A stretch of DNA of 64,000 nt from Candidatus Sericytochromatia bacterium. Its GTDB lineage: Bacteria > Cyanobacteriota > Sericytochromatia > UBA7694 > JACMQJ01. The position numbers and the translations under genes were made by a program. The stretch is from contig JAXLXH010000001.1 in NCBI GenBank assembly GCA_046328015.1, positions 796,131-860,130 on the forward strand, in the 5' to 3' direction. Below the pieces are notes generated by a model. The model did not search any database, was not told where the DNA came from, and saw only the letters and a program-made list of their open reading frames with translations. Position 1 is the first letter of the stretch; each line of letters starts with the position of its first letter. Of this stretch, positions 9,243 to 17,901 are shown in pieces.

Positions 9243-10886
9243 TTGTTAAAAATGAAAAAAAAAGAGTGGATTTCTAAAAATAATAAAGCAGAAAGAAAAG
9301 ATGGTTATTTTAAAAACTTATCTGAAAAAGATATTGATGTAGTTTATACAGAAGAAGATATAGAAAATCTTTCTTATGAAAATGATTTAGGTAACCCTGG
9401 TGAATATCCTTATACAAGAGGGATTCATACTAATATGCACAGAGGAAAACTCTGGACAATGAGACAATTTGCAGGTTTTGGAACTCCAGAAGAAACTAAT
9501 AAAAGATTTAAATACCTTTTAGAACAAGGACAAACAGGTTTAAGTACCGCTTTTGATATGCCAACCTTAATGGGTTATGACTCTGATCATGAAATGTCTG
9601 AAGGTGAAGTAGGAAAAGAAGGTGTAGCAGTTTCTTCTATAGAAGATATGGAATTACTTTTTAAAGATATTCCTTTAGATAAAGTAAGTACTTCTATGAC
9701 TATAAATGGCCCTGCATGCGTTTTATTAGCTTTATATGTTGCTGTAGCAGAAAGACAAGGCATAGATCCTAAATTGTTAAGAGGAACCTTACAAGCTGAT
9801 ATTTTAAAAGAATATATTGCTCAAAAAGAATGGTTATTTCCTCCAAGACCATCTATGAAAGTTATGACTGATATGATGGAATTCTGCAAAGATAATTTAC
9901 CTCAGTTTAATAGTATAAGTATTAGTGGTTATCATATCAGAGAAGCTGGTTCTACAGCAGTTCAAGAATTAGCTTTTACTCTTGCAGATGGTTTTGCTTA
10001 TGTAGAAGCTGGTATGAAAGTAGGAATGGATGTAGATGATTTTGCTCCAAGATTATCATTCTTTTTTAATTGTCATAATGATTTTTTTGAAGAAATAGCT
10101 AAATTTAGAGCAGCAAGAAGAATTTGGGCAAAAAGATTAAAAGAAAAATATGGTGCAAAAAATCCTAAATCTATGATGTTAAGATTCCACACACAAACAG
10201 CTGGTTGTTCTTTAACAGCTCAACAACCTGAAAATAATATCGTAAGAACTGCTATACAAGCTTTAGCAGCAGTTTTAGGTGGTACTCAATCTTTACATAC
10301 TAATTCTATGGATGAAGCTTTAGCTTTACCTACAGAAAAAGCTGTAAGAATAGCATTAAGAACACAACAAATAATTGCTTATGAAACAGGTGTAACTCAT
10401 ACTGTTGACCCATTAGGAGGTTCTTATTATTTAGAAGCTTTAACTAATCAAATGGAAGAAGAAGCAAATAAATATTTTGATAAAATAGATGAATATGGTG
10501 GGGTTATACCTGCGATAGAAGATAACTTTTTCCAAAAAGAAATTATGGAAGCTTCTTATATTTTCCAAAAAGATGTTGAACAAGATAATAGGTTAATTGT
10601 TGGAGTTAATTGTTATCCTGAAGGTAATGAAGAAAATAGTATTGAGATTTTAAAAGTAGATCATAAATTTGAAAAAGAACAAGTAGAAAGACTTAAAAAA
10701 TTCAAAGAAATAAGAAATGAAAAAGTTGTACAAGATGTTCTTGAAGAAATAAAAGATTCTGCTAATAAAAATGAAAATATTATGTATCCTATATTAAAAG
10801 CTGTAAAATTAAATGCTACTTTAGGTGAAATTTGTGATGCCTTAAAAGTAGTTTATGGTGGTTATAGAGAAAAAGCAGTTTTTTAG
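9243..10886 (+). CDS. icmA: B12-dependent acyl-CoA mutase large (substrate-binding) subunit, isobutyryl-CoA mutase IcmA type
   Basis: [18 protein letters not shown] (Phe at the specificity site), [27 protein letters not shown]; no B12-binding domain. Start may be 9252. Confidence 0.8.
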   Translation: MLKMKKKEWISKNNKAERKDGYFKNLSEKDIDVVYTEEDIENLSYENDLGNPGEYPYTRGIHTNMHRGKLWTMRQFAGFGTPEETNKRFKYLLEQGQTGLSTAFDMPTLMGYDSDHEMSEGEVGKEGVAVSSIEDMELLFKDIPLDKVSTSMTINGPACVLLALYVAVAERQGIDPKLLRGTLQADILKEYIAQKEWLFPPRPSMKVMTDMMEFCKDNLPQFNSISISGYHIREAGSTAVQELAFTLADGFAYVEAGMKVGMDVDDFAPRLSFFFNCHNDFFEEIAKFRAARRIWAKRLKEKYGAKNPKSMMLRFHTQTAGCSLTAQQPENNIVRTAIQALAAVLGGTQSLHTNSMDEALALPTEKAVRIALRTQQIIAYETGVTHTVDPLGGSYYLEALTNQMEEEANKYFDKIDEYGGVIPAIEDNFFQKEIMEASYIFQKDVEQDNRLIVGVNCYPEGNEENSIEILKVDHKFEKEQVERLKKFKEIRNEKVVQDVLEEIKDSANKNENIMYPILKAVKLNATLGEICDALKVVYGGYREKAVF

Positions 10887-10915
10887 TTTAAAATATATAA
10901 AGATAAAAGTAATTA

Positions 10916-11638
10916 ATGGCTGAAGATAAACTTAAAAGATTTCAACTTGCTGGTTTTATTACAGCCATTATTATTTTTTCTGGATATTGTTATTCCATAA
11001 GTTCTGATGATAATGAGAGCAGTGAAGATAAAACTAACAATGTAATTAAAAATACAAAAGAAAATAATACTCAAGATACAATAATTCAAGATTTTCAAAA
11101 AAAATATCTATTAAAAAAGTTTATAAATAAATATGCTATAGGTTATTATTACTTATGGTGGAAAACAGAAAAAGATTTAGATTTTACTAAATCTAAAACT
11201 AAAGAATTAATTTTACAAATAAATCAAGAGATTTTAGGCATAGAATCATATATTATAAATGATATAACAAGAAATTTGGAAGTTATTATAAATGAAGAAA
11301 AATTCGAAATACCTAATAATGAAAGTGATTATAATTTAACATTCAAAACTATCGATAATAAAATAATTTTACTTACTATTGATAAAAATTTAGGTTTAAG
11401 TTTTCATTTTAGAAAAGAAGATGGCGAAACTTATAGAGATGAATTTTTAAATGATTTATATAATTATATAAAAGCTATGAAAAAAATAATAACTTCTAAT
11501 AATAAAGAACTTGATAAAAATACTAGCGAATGCTTAGATTTTACTAAATTAATAATAAAAGAATCCTTAAACAAAGAAGAAGTTGATAAAGTAGGTATAA
11601 TTTTAGTTAGTAAAGATATAAAGCGTAAAAAAGATTAG
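10916..11638 (+). CDS. Hypothetical protein with N-terminal membrane anchor
   Basis: 240-aa ORF with hydrophobic LAGFITAIIIFSGYC near the N-terminus; no recognised motif. Confidence 0.6.
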   Translation: MAEDKLKRFQLAGFITAIIIFSGYCYSISSDDNESSEDKTNNVIKNTKENNTQDTIIQDFQKKYLLKKFINKYAIGYYYLWWKTEKDLDFTKSKTKELILQINQEILGIESYIINDITRNLEVIINEEKFEIPNNESDYNLTFKTIDNKIILLTIDKNLGLSFHFRKEDGETYRDEFLNDLYNYIKAMKKIITSNNKELDKNTSECLDFTKLIIKESLNKEEVDKVGIILVSKDIKRKKD

Positions 11639-11649
11639 AGGTAAATAAA

Positions 11650-12396
11650 TTGAGTAATTTTTCAATAATAGCGAATAAATATTTAGAAATAAATAATCCT
11701 ATTAGTAAAAGTAAGATAGAACAAGTAATAAATTTATTAAACCTAGAAAAAAATGCTAAAGTTGTTGATATAGGTGGCGGTAAAGGGTTAATACTTAAAA
11801 TTATTTTTGATAAATATGATATAAATGGTCTAATTATAGAAAAAAATTCAGATTTATTAGTAGATATAGAGAAAAATTTAATTAATTACAAAAATAACTT
11901 AGAAATAGAATTAAAATCTTATGATGAATTTATCACAGAAAATCAAGATATAACTTTTGATTGTATTATATGTATAGGTTCAATTCAAGCCATTTCTAAT
12001 AATTATGAAGAAGGCATTAAAGAATTAAGTAAAAAATTAAAAACTGGTGGAAAACTTTTAATAGGGCAAGGATATTGGAAAAAAGAGCCTGAAACAAAAT
12101 ATTTAGAAAATACAGGTATAAATAAAAATGAATTATTAAAATATCATGAAAATATTGAAATAGCTCAAAAATATAATTTTAGTTATTTATATTCAATTAC
12201 GGCATCTGAGGATGAATTTGATAATTTTGAAGGTCTTTTTAATATGGCTATAAAAGATTATTGTTTTGAAAATAAAGAAGTTAATAGTGATGAAAAAGTA
12301 GTTTTTTTAGAAAGAATAACTAAATGGAATAATAATTATGTAAAATATGGTAGAGAAACTATGGGGTTTGCTTTATATCTTTATAGAAAAATATAA
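11650..12396 (+). CDS. Class I SAM-dependent methyltransferase (YjhP-like)
   Basis: VVDIGGGKG motif I; FDCIICIGS; LKTGGKLLIGQGYWKKEP; YGRETMGFALY. Confidence 0.85.
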   Translation: MSNFSIIANKYLEINNPISKSKIEQVINLLNLEKNAKVVDIGGGKGLILKIIFDKYDINGLIIEKNSDLLVDIEKNLINYKNNLEIELKSYDEFITENQDITFDCIICIGSIQAISNNYEEGIKELSKKLKTGGKLLIGQGYWKKEPETKYLENTGINKNELLKYHENIEIAQKYNFSYLYSITASEDEFDNFEGLFNMAIKDYCFENKEVNSDEKVVFLERITKWNNNYVKYGRETMGFALYLYRKI

Positions 12397-12496
12397 TAAT
12401 TTAGTTTTTTTATAAAAAGCACATTTACGTAAAAAAATATTATGTTATACTTTTGTGGATATATATAAGTACTTCGCTTTTTATCCTTTTTGGTTG

Positions 12497-12570
12497 TATA
12501 TACGAACCTTTTGATTTTTTATAATTGGAATATATACGAACTAGTGGGTGTGTACAGGTGTTGTGCGACA
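12497..12570 (+). repeat. Degenerate attC-like site (TATATACGAAC twice, ending GTTGTGCG)
   Basis: TATATACGAAC at 12497 and 12531; imperfect stem TATATAC/GTGTGTA; GTTGTGC about 45 bp before ORF 12611. Confidence 0.35.
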
Positions 12571-12610
12571 GCATAAAAAGTAAAATTAGGTTTTTAGGAT
12601 TTCAGTTTGT

Positions 12611-13711
12611 ATGAATATAAAAAGTAGTTTATTTAAAATATCTGTAATCGTTTTGTCATTTCAATCATGTAACCTAGAACAAAATATAAAAACAACAAAT
12701 AATAAAGAAGAAATTATTGAAAATGCCAAAGATGAGAAATTAAATAACTTATTAAATTCTAAAGATACTATAATTAATAATCATGCTGAAAAATTTATAA
12801 CTGAAAGTAAATATACAATAACAGAAGAATTTAAAAATGTATCAAATTTTATTTGGAGTAATAAAGATGAAAATAAGTTATATTTTATATATAGTAAAGG
12901 AATTAGTAAAAATAATAAAATAGCACTAATATTATATAGCTATGATGTTAAATATAATTTTTTTAATAGAATAAGTGAAATTTTTTATATTGAAGCTGAT
13001 AAAATAAAAAAAAGTGAAATTTTAAATTATATTGGAAGCTTTAATATAAATTTTGATGATGATAATGATACATTTTTATACTATGATAATAATAAAGGTA
13101 TTATAAAAAAACAATTTAACTCCAATTCTGAATATTTGCTAAATTTAGGATTATTAGATAATGGTTCTATATCAAGGAATTTAAAATACCAAATATATAC
13201 TGATAAATCTGAGAAACCTATTATTAAATATAATTATGAAAATAAGAAATATTTTGTTAATAGACTTAAAGATTTATCTTTTAAGAATAAAATAATAAAA
13301 TTCTTAATAAATAGCGATAAATATGTAGATATAAATGAATTTTCTCAAGATACTATATTTAATATAGAAAGTAATGAATTTATAAAAATACCCCAAATAA
13401 AAGTTAGTTATGATACGTTGAATGATGATATATATTATTTTTCAGATAAATTAATTAAATATAATATTAAAGAAGATAGAACTACTAATTTAGGTGATTA
13501 TCTTAATAAAGATACAAATTTATTTCATAGTATAAAGTTATCAAGAAATGGTAAATATGTTTCTTATATTGGAGTATTTGGAGAAGAAAAAAAAAGTAAT
13601 TGGCAAAGCAAATTAGTTATTTTTAATATAGAGTCTAAAGAATACAAAATTTTAGATATATATGAACTAGAAAAATCTGAGATGGTTACTATGTTTGATA
13701 TTGCATATTAA
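12611..13711 (+). CDS. Hypothetical lipoprotein, possibly TolB-like beta-propeller
   Basis: Lipobox SFQSC; LSRNGKYVSY motif; extremely AT-rich coding sequence. Confidence 0.6.
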   Translation: MNIKSSLFKISVIVLSFQSCNLEQNIKTTNNKEEIIENAKDEKLNNLLNSKDTIINNHAEKFITESKYTITEEFKNVSNFIWSNKDENKLYFIYSKGISKNNKIALILYSYDVKYNFFNRISEIFYIEADKIKKSEILNYIGSFNINFDDDNDTFLYYDNNKGIIKKQFNSNSEYLLNLGLLDNGSISRNLKYQIYTDKSEKPIIKYNYENKKYFVNRLKDLSFKNKIIKFLINSDKYVDINEFSQDTIFNIESNEFIKIPQIKVSYDTLNDDIYYFSDKLIKYNIKEDRTTNLGDYLNKDTNLFHSIKLSRNGKYVSYIGVFGEEKKSNWQSKLVIFNIESKEYKILDIYELEKSEMVTMFDIAY

Positions 13712-14061
13712 GAATATATTTAAGATTATAATTTCAAAATAAGAATATTTTACTATAAAAATTTTATTTATAAAAATAGATTCAAATAGTTGTAGTTATT
13801 TAGTTTAAAGAGTTAAATTATTTTGAGTTAAACTTTTATTGATTTCTATGTTTTGGAATAAACTAGGTACTTTTGGTACACTTTAAAGTTAAACTGTGTA
13901 AAAGTTTTTCTATATAAAAGTAAAAAAACATTTTTTTGGTCTTTTTTGATAGAAAATAAGTTATCTAGTGCTATAATTGGGTTTATTATTTTTAATATTA
14001 GTTTAGTCTTTTTTAGAATTTAAAAAGCTTATGGATAAATAGAAATATCCAACTTCATAAT

Positions 14062-14147
14062 ACTAACTACACGAAAATATGATAAAGGAATAGCTGTAAT
14101 CATTTTATGTAGTACCTAGTTTGTGCTAGATACGTTGTGCAAAATAT
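14062..14147 (+). repeat. attC-like imperfect hairpin ending GTTGTGC
   Basis: ACTACACGAAAATATGAT pairs imperfectly with ATCATTTTATGTAGT; GTTGTGC lies about 13 bp before ATG 14160. Confidence 0.4.
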
Positions 14148-14159
14148 AGAAATAAATAA

Positions 14160-14579
14160 ATGAGTTTTAGTAATTCAAAAAGAATAGTATTAAATACAAA
14201 GCTACCAAAAGGTAAAAGGTATATATATTTAAATTCTTGCTTTGAAAATGTTTCATTTGCTATTCGTTTACAATTTCAAACAATAAATATTACTTATTCA
14301 AATCTAAGGGAAAGTATTTTTAAAAAATTAAACTTAAAAACTCAAAATGTATTTTATTCTCCTGAAATTTCATCAATAGAATTTGTTATTCCAGAAGAAA
14401 AGATTACTAAAGCTCTTGAAGAATTAGAAAATTTACGTAATAAATTTATTATGTATAATAAAGAGTATTCAAATTATAGGAAATTAAAAAAATTAAATGG
14501 TCAAAATAAAGTATCTAAAAAAGATTATTTATACCTAAAAAGCCTTGAAAACAGACTAATTTATGAATTTAAAATATGA
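14160..14579 (+). CDS. Hypothetical protein
   Basis: 139-aa ORF directly after the attC-like site; no recognised motif. Confidence 0.55.
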   Translation: MSFSNSKRIVLNTKLPKGKRYIYLNSCFENVSFAIRLQFQTINITYSNLRESIFKKLNLKTQNVFYSPEISSIEFVIPEEKITKALEELENLRNKFIMYNKEYSNYRKLKKLNGQNKVSKKDYLYLKSLENRLIYEFKI

Positions 14580-14610
14580 ATAAAAAAGATTAATTAACCC
14601 AATTATTAAA

Positions 14611-14890
14611 TATTTAGTTAAATATGAAAAACCTTCTATTATTTTAACTTCTAATAAACATTTTGTAGATTGGGCTGAAATATTTGGAGATAATGTTATT
14701 GCTTCTGATATTTTATACAGATTACTAAATCAATTCAGTGTTATTAATATTAAATGACAAAGTTACAAAATTAAAAATCGTAAAAATACTTTCTTTTCTG
14801 GAGGTTATAACAAATGATTATTTAATTTTTTTAGCACAATTGACGGTTTTTCAATTAACATTTTTGACTATTTTTCAATTAGTGTTAACA
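14611..14890 (+). mobile_element. istB: IS21-family remnant: istB 3' fragment and right end
   Basis: YEKPSIILTSNKHFVDWAEIFGDNVIASDILYRLL...VINIK*QSYKIK with TGA at 14755. Direct repeats TTGAC..TTTTTCAATTA at 14840 and 14864; terminal TGTTAACA at 14883-14890. Confidence 0.85.
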
Positions 14891-14980
14891 TTATCCAAAG
14901 GTAATAAAGTCCTAATATTGATTAAAAACCATAAAAATAGGTATATAATTTAATATGTATTATTTTTATGGTTTTAGTTT

Positions 14981-15943
14981 ATGGTAAAAAGTAAAGGAAT
15001 AGAAAAGAAGTTAGTAAGGTTTGACTGGGCGATAAAAAATATCCTCAGAGATAAAGCTAATTTTGTTATTCTTGAAGGTTTTTTATCAGAGTTATTAAAA
15101 CAAGATGTAAAAATAATAGAGTTACTTGAAAGTGAGAGTAACAAAGAAAGAAAAGTTGAGAAATTAAACCGAGTAGATTTGCTTGTAAAACTAAATAAAA
15201 ACGAAATTGTAATAATAGAAATACAAAATGATGATGAGTACGATTATTTTCAGCGTATTCTATATGGAGTATCAAAATCAATATCAGAGAATTTGGAACA
15301 AGGAAAAAAATACAAAGCTGTAAAAAAGGTCATATCCATAAGTATAGTATATTTTGAATTAGGATTAGGGAGTGATTATATATATCATGGAACAACAAAT
15401 TTTGTTGGTATTCATAAAAAAGATAAATTAGAATTGACATTGGAACAAAAAGCATTATTTAAAAAAGAAGAATTGTCTGAAATTTTTCCTGAGTATTATA
15501 TTTTAATGGTAGATAAATTTGATGAAAATACAAAAGATGGATTAGATGAATGGATTTATTTTTTAAAAACAGATAAAGTAAAAGAAGAGTTCAAAGGAAA
15601 AGGACTAAAAGAGGCTTTTACTCAATTAGATGTTTTAAAAATGAATGAGAAAGAAAAAAGAGGATATGATTATTATTTAGCTGATTTAAGTTTAAGAGCA
15701 AGTTTGGCTGATACTCAAAAGTTTAAATTAGAGCAAGCTGAAGAACAAGGAATCAAAAAAGGTAAAATTGAAGGTAAAATTGAACGTGATATTGAGATAA
15801 TTATAAGTGGAAATAAAGAAGGGGCTTCAAATGATTTTTTATCTAAAATTACAGGTTTAAGCATAAAAGAAGTAGAAAAAATAATAAAAGAGTACCAGCC
15901 ACGCCACGAAGAGAAAAAGAAAACAGGAAAAAAGAGTAAATGA
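14981..15943 (+). CDS. Rpn family recombination-promoting nuclease / PD-(D/E)XK putative transposase
   Basis: RFDWAIKNILRDKANF, NRVDLLV, IIEIQN, QRILYG, LDEWIYFLK; C-terminal GKIEGKIE repeats. Confidence 0.92.
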   Translation: MVKSKGIEKKLVRFDWAIKNILRDKANFVILEGFLSELLKQDVKIIELLESESNKERKVEKLNRVDLLVKLNKNEIVIIEIQNDDEYDYFQRILYGVSKSISENLEQGKKYKAVKKVISISIVYFELGLGSDYIYHGTTNFVGIHKKDKLELTLEQKALFKKEELSEIFPEYYILMVDKFDENTKDGLDEWIYFLKTDKVKEEFKGKGLKEAFTQLDVLKMNEKEKRGYDYYLADLSLRASLADTQKFKLEQAEEQGIKKGKIEGKIERDIEIIISGNKEGASNDFLSKITGLSIKEVEKIIKEYQPRHEEKKKTGKKSK

Positions 15944-16044
15944 ATACGCCACGCCAAATAGAAGAAAATAAGATTCACCACCCATCACTGTCAATAAAAA
16001 ATAAATGTTATATTTATAAAAAAAAGCATTAAAGATCCAGATTA

Positions 16045-16398
16045 ATGAAATATATAAAAATAATAAATAAAAAAAATCAATCCATAATAGGTGATAAAAT
16101 TGGTTATGCTAATAATCCTCTATCAAGATTTATAGGTTTAATGAATAGAAAAGAATTACAAGAAAATGAAGGTTTATTATTAACCCCTTGTAATTCTATA
16201 CATATGTTTTTTATGAAAATACCTTTAGATGTTGTTTTTATAGATAGAAAAGATAAAATAGTAAAAACCATTGAAAATATAAAACCTTGGAAAATAAGCC
16301 CTGTAGTATTTAAAGCACAATCTGTTTTAGAACTACCTGTGGGACATATAAAAAAATATGATTTACAAGAAAATGATAATTTAGAGTTAGTTTTTTAA
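16045..16398 (+). CDS. DUF192 family protein
   Basis: RFIGLM, EGLLL, SIHMFFMKIPLDVVFID, IKPW, VLELP. Confidence 0.88.
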   Translation: MKYIKIINKKNQSIIGDKIGYANNPLSRFIGLMNRKELQENEGLLLTPCNSIHMFFMKIPLDVVFIDRKDKIVKTIENIKPWKISPVVFKAQSVLELPVGHIKKYDLQENDNLELVF

Positions 16399-17046
16399 AT
16401 GAAAAAAAGTGAATTAAAAGAAATTTTTAAAGTTTTAAAAGAAGAAGTAAAACAATGGAAACAACCTGTAGTTGGTGCTGCCTATAGAGACCCTTTTAAA
16501 ATTCTAATTGCTACTATTTTAAGCCTCAGAACTAAAGATTCTGTTACAGAAGATGCTTCAGATAGATTGTTTAGTTTAGCAGAAACTCCTGAAAAAATGA
16601 TCACATTAGAACCAGAAATAATTGAAAAAGCTATTTATCCTGTTGGTTTTTATAAAAGAAAAGCTATTAATATTTTAGAAATTTGTAAATTATTATTAGA
16701 TAAATATGATGGAAAAGTACCTGATGATTTAGATGAACTTTTGAAAATAAAAGGTGTCGGTAGAAAAACAGCAAATCTTACTATAACTTTAGGTTATAAC
16801 AAGTTAGGTATTTGTGTGGATATTCATGTGCATAGAATTACAAATAGATGGGGTTATGTAAAAACCAATGTTCCTGATGAAACAGAAATGGAATTAAGAA
16901 AAATTTTACCAGAAGAATATTGGCTAGAAATAAATGATTTATTAGTTTGTTATGGACAAAATCTTTGCAAACCTATATCGCCTTTTTGTAGTAAATGTAA
17001 AATAAATGATTATTGCAAAAAAGTTGGTGTAGATAAATATAGATAA
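16399..17046 (+). CDS. nth: Endonuclease III
   Basis: PFKILIATILSLRTKD; HhH motif LKIKGVGRKTA; VDIHVHRI; 4Fe-4S motif CKPISPFCSKCKINDYC. Confidence 0.93.
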   Translation: MKKSELKEIFKVLKEEVKQWKQPVVGAAYRDPFKILIATILSLRTKDSVTEDASDRLFSLAETPEKMITLEPEIIEKAIYPVGFYKRKAINILEICKLLLDKYDGKVPDDLDELLKIKGVGRKTANLTITLGYNKLGICVDIHVHRITNRWGYVKTNVPDETEMELRKILPEEYWLEINDLLVCYGQNLCKPISPFCSKCKINDYCKKVGVDKYR

Positions 17047-17079
17047 AAAAAACTCCCTCTTTTGAAGGGAGCTTTTTTT
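17045..17079. terminator. Bidirectional intrinsic terminator between nth and rpsU
   Basis: A-tract, CTCCCT...AGGGAG stem, T-tract, between convergent genes. Confidence 0.75.
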
Positions 17080-17091
17080 AATAATCCTAGT

Positions 17092-17253
17092 TTATTTATT
17101 TCTTCTTGCTTCGCTGCTTTTTCTTTTTCTTTTAACACTTGGTTTTTCGTAGTGCTTACGAGCTTTTATTTCTTTAAATACGCCTTCTTTAACTAATTTT
17201 TTCTTTAAAATTTTTAAAGCACTGTCGAGGTCTTTTTCTACTCTTACCTGCAT
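17092..17253 (-). CDS. rpsU: 30S ribosomal protein S21 (53 aa; not in the supplied ORF track)
   Basis: Manual translation MQVRVEKDLDSALKILKKKLVKEGVFKEIKARKHYEKPSVKRKRKSSEARRNK*; RBS GAAGGAG upstream. Confidence 0.92.
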   Translation of the reverse strand: MQVRVEKDLDSALKILKKKLVKEGVFKEIKARKHYEKPSVKRKRKSSEARRNK

Positions 17254-17389
17254 TAAATCAAATCACTCCTTCAAAAATAAACTTTTTAATATATTATAAT
17301 TTTAAAACAAGAAATTGCTTTTTAATCTCTATTAAGTTTACTCTATAAACAAAAACTTGTAAATATAGGGTGTATTAAATTTTATATTT

Positions 17390-17575
17390 TGAAGCGTGAA
17401 CTGTGAACCGTGAACCGTGAATAGTGAGTGGGAAGAGTTAGAAGTTAGAAGATAGGAGCGTGAGCCGTGATACTTCGACAGGCTCAGTAGGCAGTCGTGA
17501 GTGGGAAAATTTTTATAAAATTTAGACTAAGTATTCATCTAATAACGCTTTACGCTTCACGCTTCACGCTTAACT
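17390..17575. repeat. Composite heptamer array with REP unit and inverted right arm
   Basis: GTGAACC/GTGAATA/AGTTAGA units, GTGATACTTCGACAGGCTCAGTAG at 17467, and complementary CTTCACG units at about 17545-17575. Confidence 0.85.
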
Positions 17576-17666
17576 AATATGTCTAAGTATCATCCATTAA
17601 ATCAAATTTCCATTTCATTAAAGAAAAGTTATAATAATAGCTTATTAAATTGATATAATTTTATTT

Positions 17667-17900
17667 ATGAGAAAATTTACAGCCTTATTTAATTTAGGAA
17701 CAACTTTTGTGCTTTTAGGAGCACTATATACTGGCATGGATACATACAATCATAAAACAGATCCTACTTTGCACAGTCTAACAGCTTTTTTAACTTTTGT
17801 AGTAGTAGCTGCCTGTATAGCAAATGCTATGCTGTATATAAATACCTTACACAGAGAAATTGATGAATTAAAAACAAAATTAGATAAAAAAGATAACTAA
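17667..17900 (+). CDS. Small two-TM hypothetical membrane protein
   Basis: Two hydrophobic segments and a short coiled tail; 1 bp from glpD. Confidence 0.6.
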   Translation: MRKFTALFNLGTTFVLLGALYTGMDTYNHKTDPTLHSLTAFLTFVVVAACIANAMLYINTLHREIDELKTKLDKKDN

Positions 17901-17901
17901 A

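Noticed and set aside
9243-10886. Methylmalonyl-CoA mutase annotation
   Set aside because: The specificity positions (Phe; Gln in AQKEW) match IcmA-type enzymes.
13712-14060. Decayed gene in the long AT-rich gap
   Set aside because: No recognisable coding motif was found by manual reading.
14755-14757. In-frame TGA as selenocysteine or recoding
   Set aside because: It falls at a conserved Gly (GGA to TGA) in a start-less IstB fragment, so pseudogenisation is the simpler explanation; other genes use TGA as stop.
15895-16000. Short CCACGCCA repeats and TGTCAA as an IS21 left end
   Set aside because: No convincing match to the inverted repeat or internal repeats of the right end at 14840-14890.
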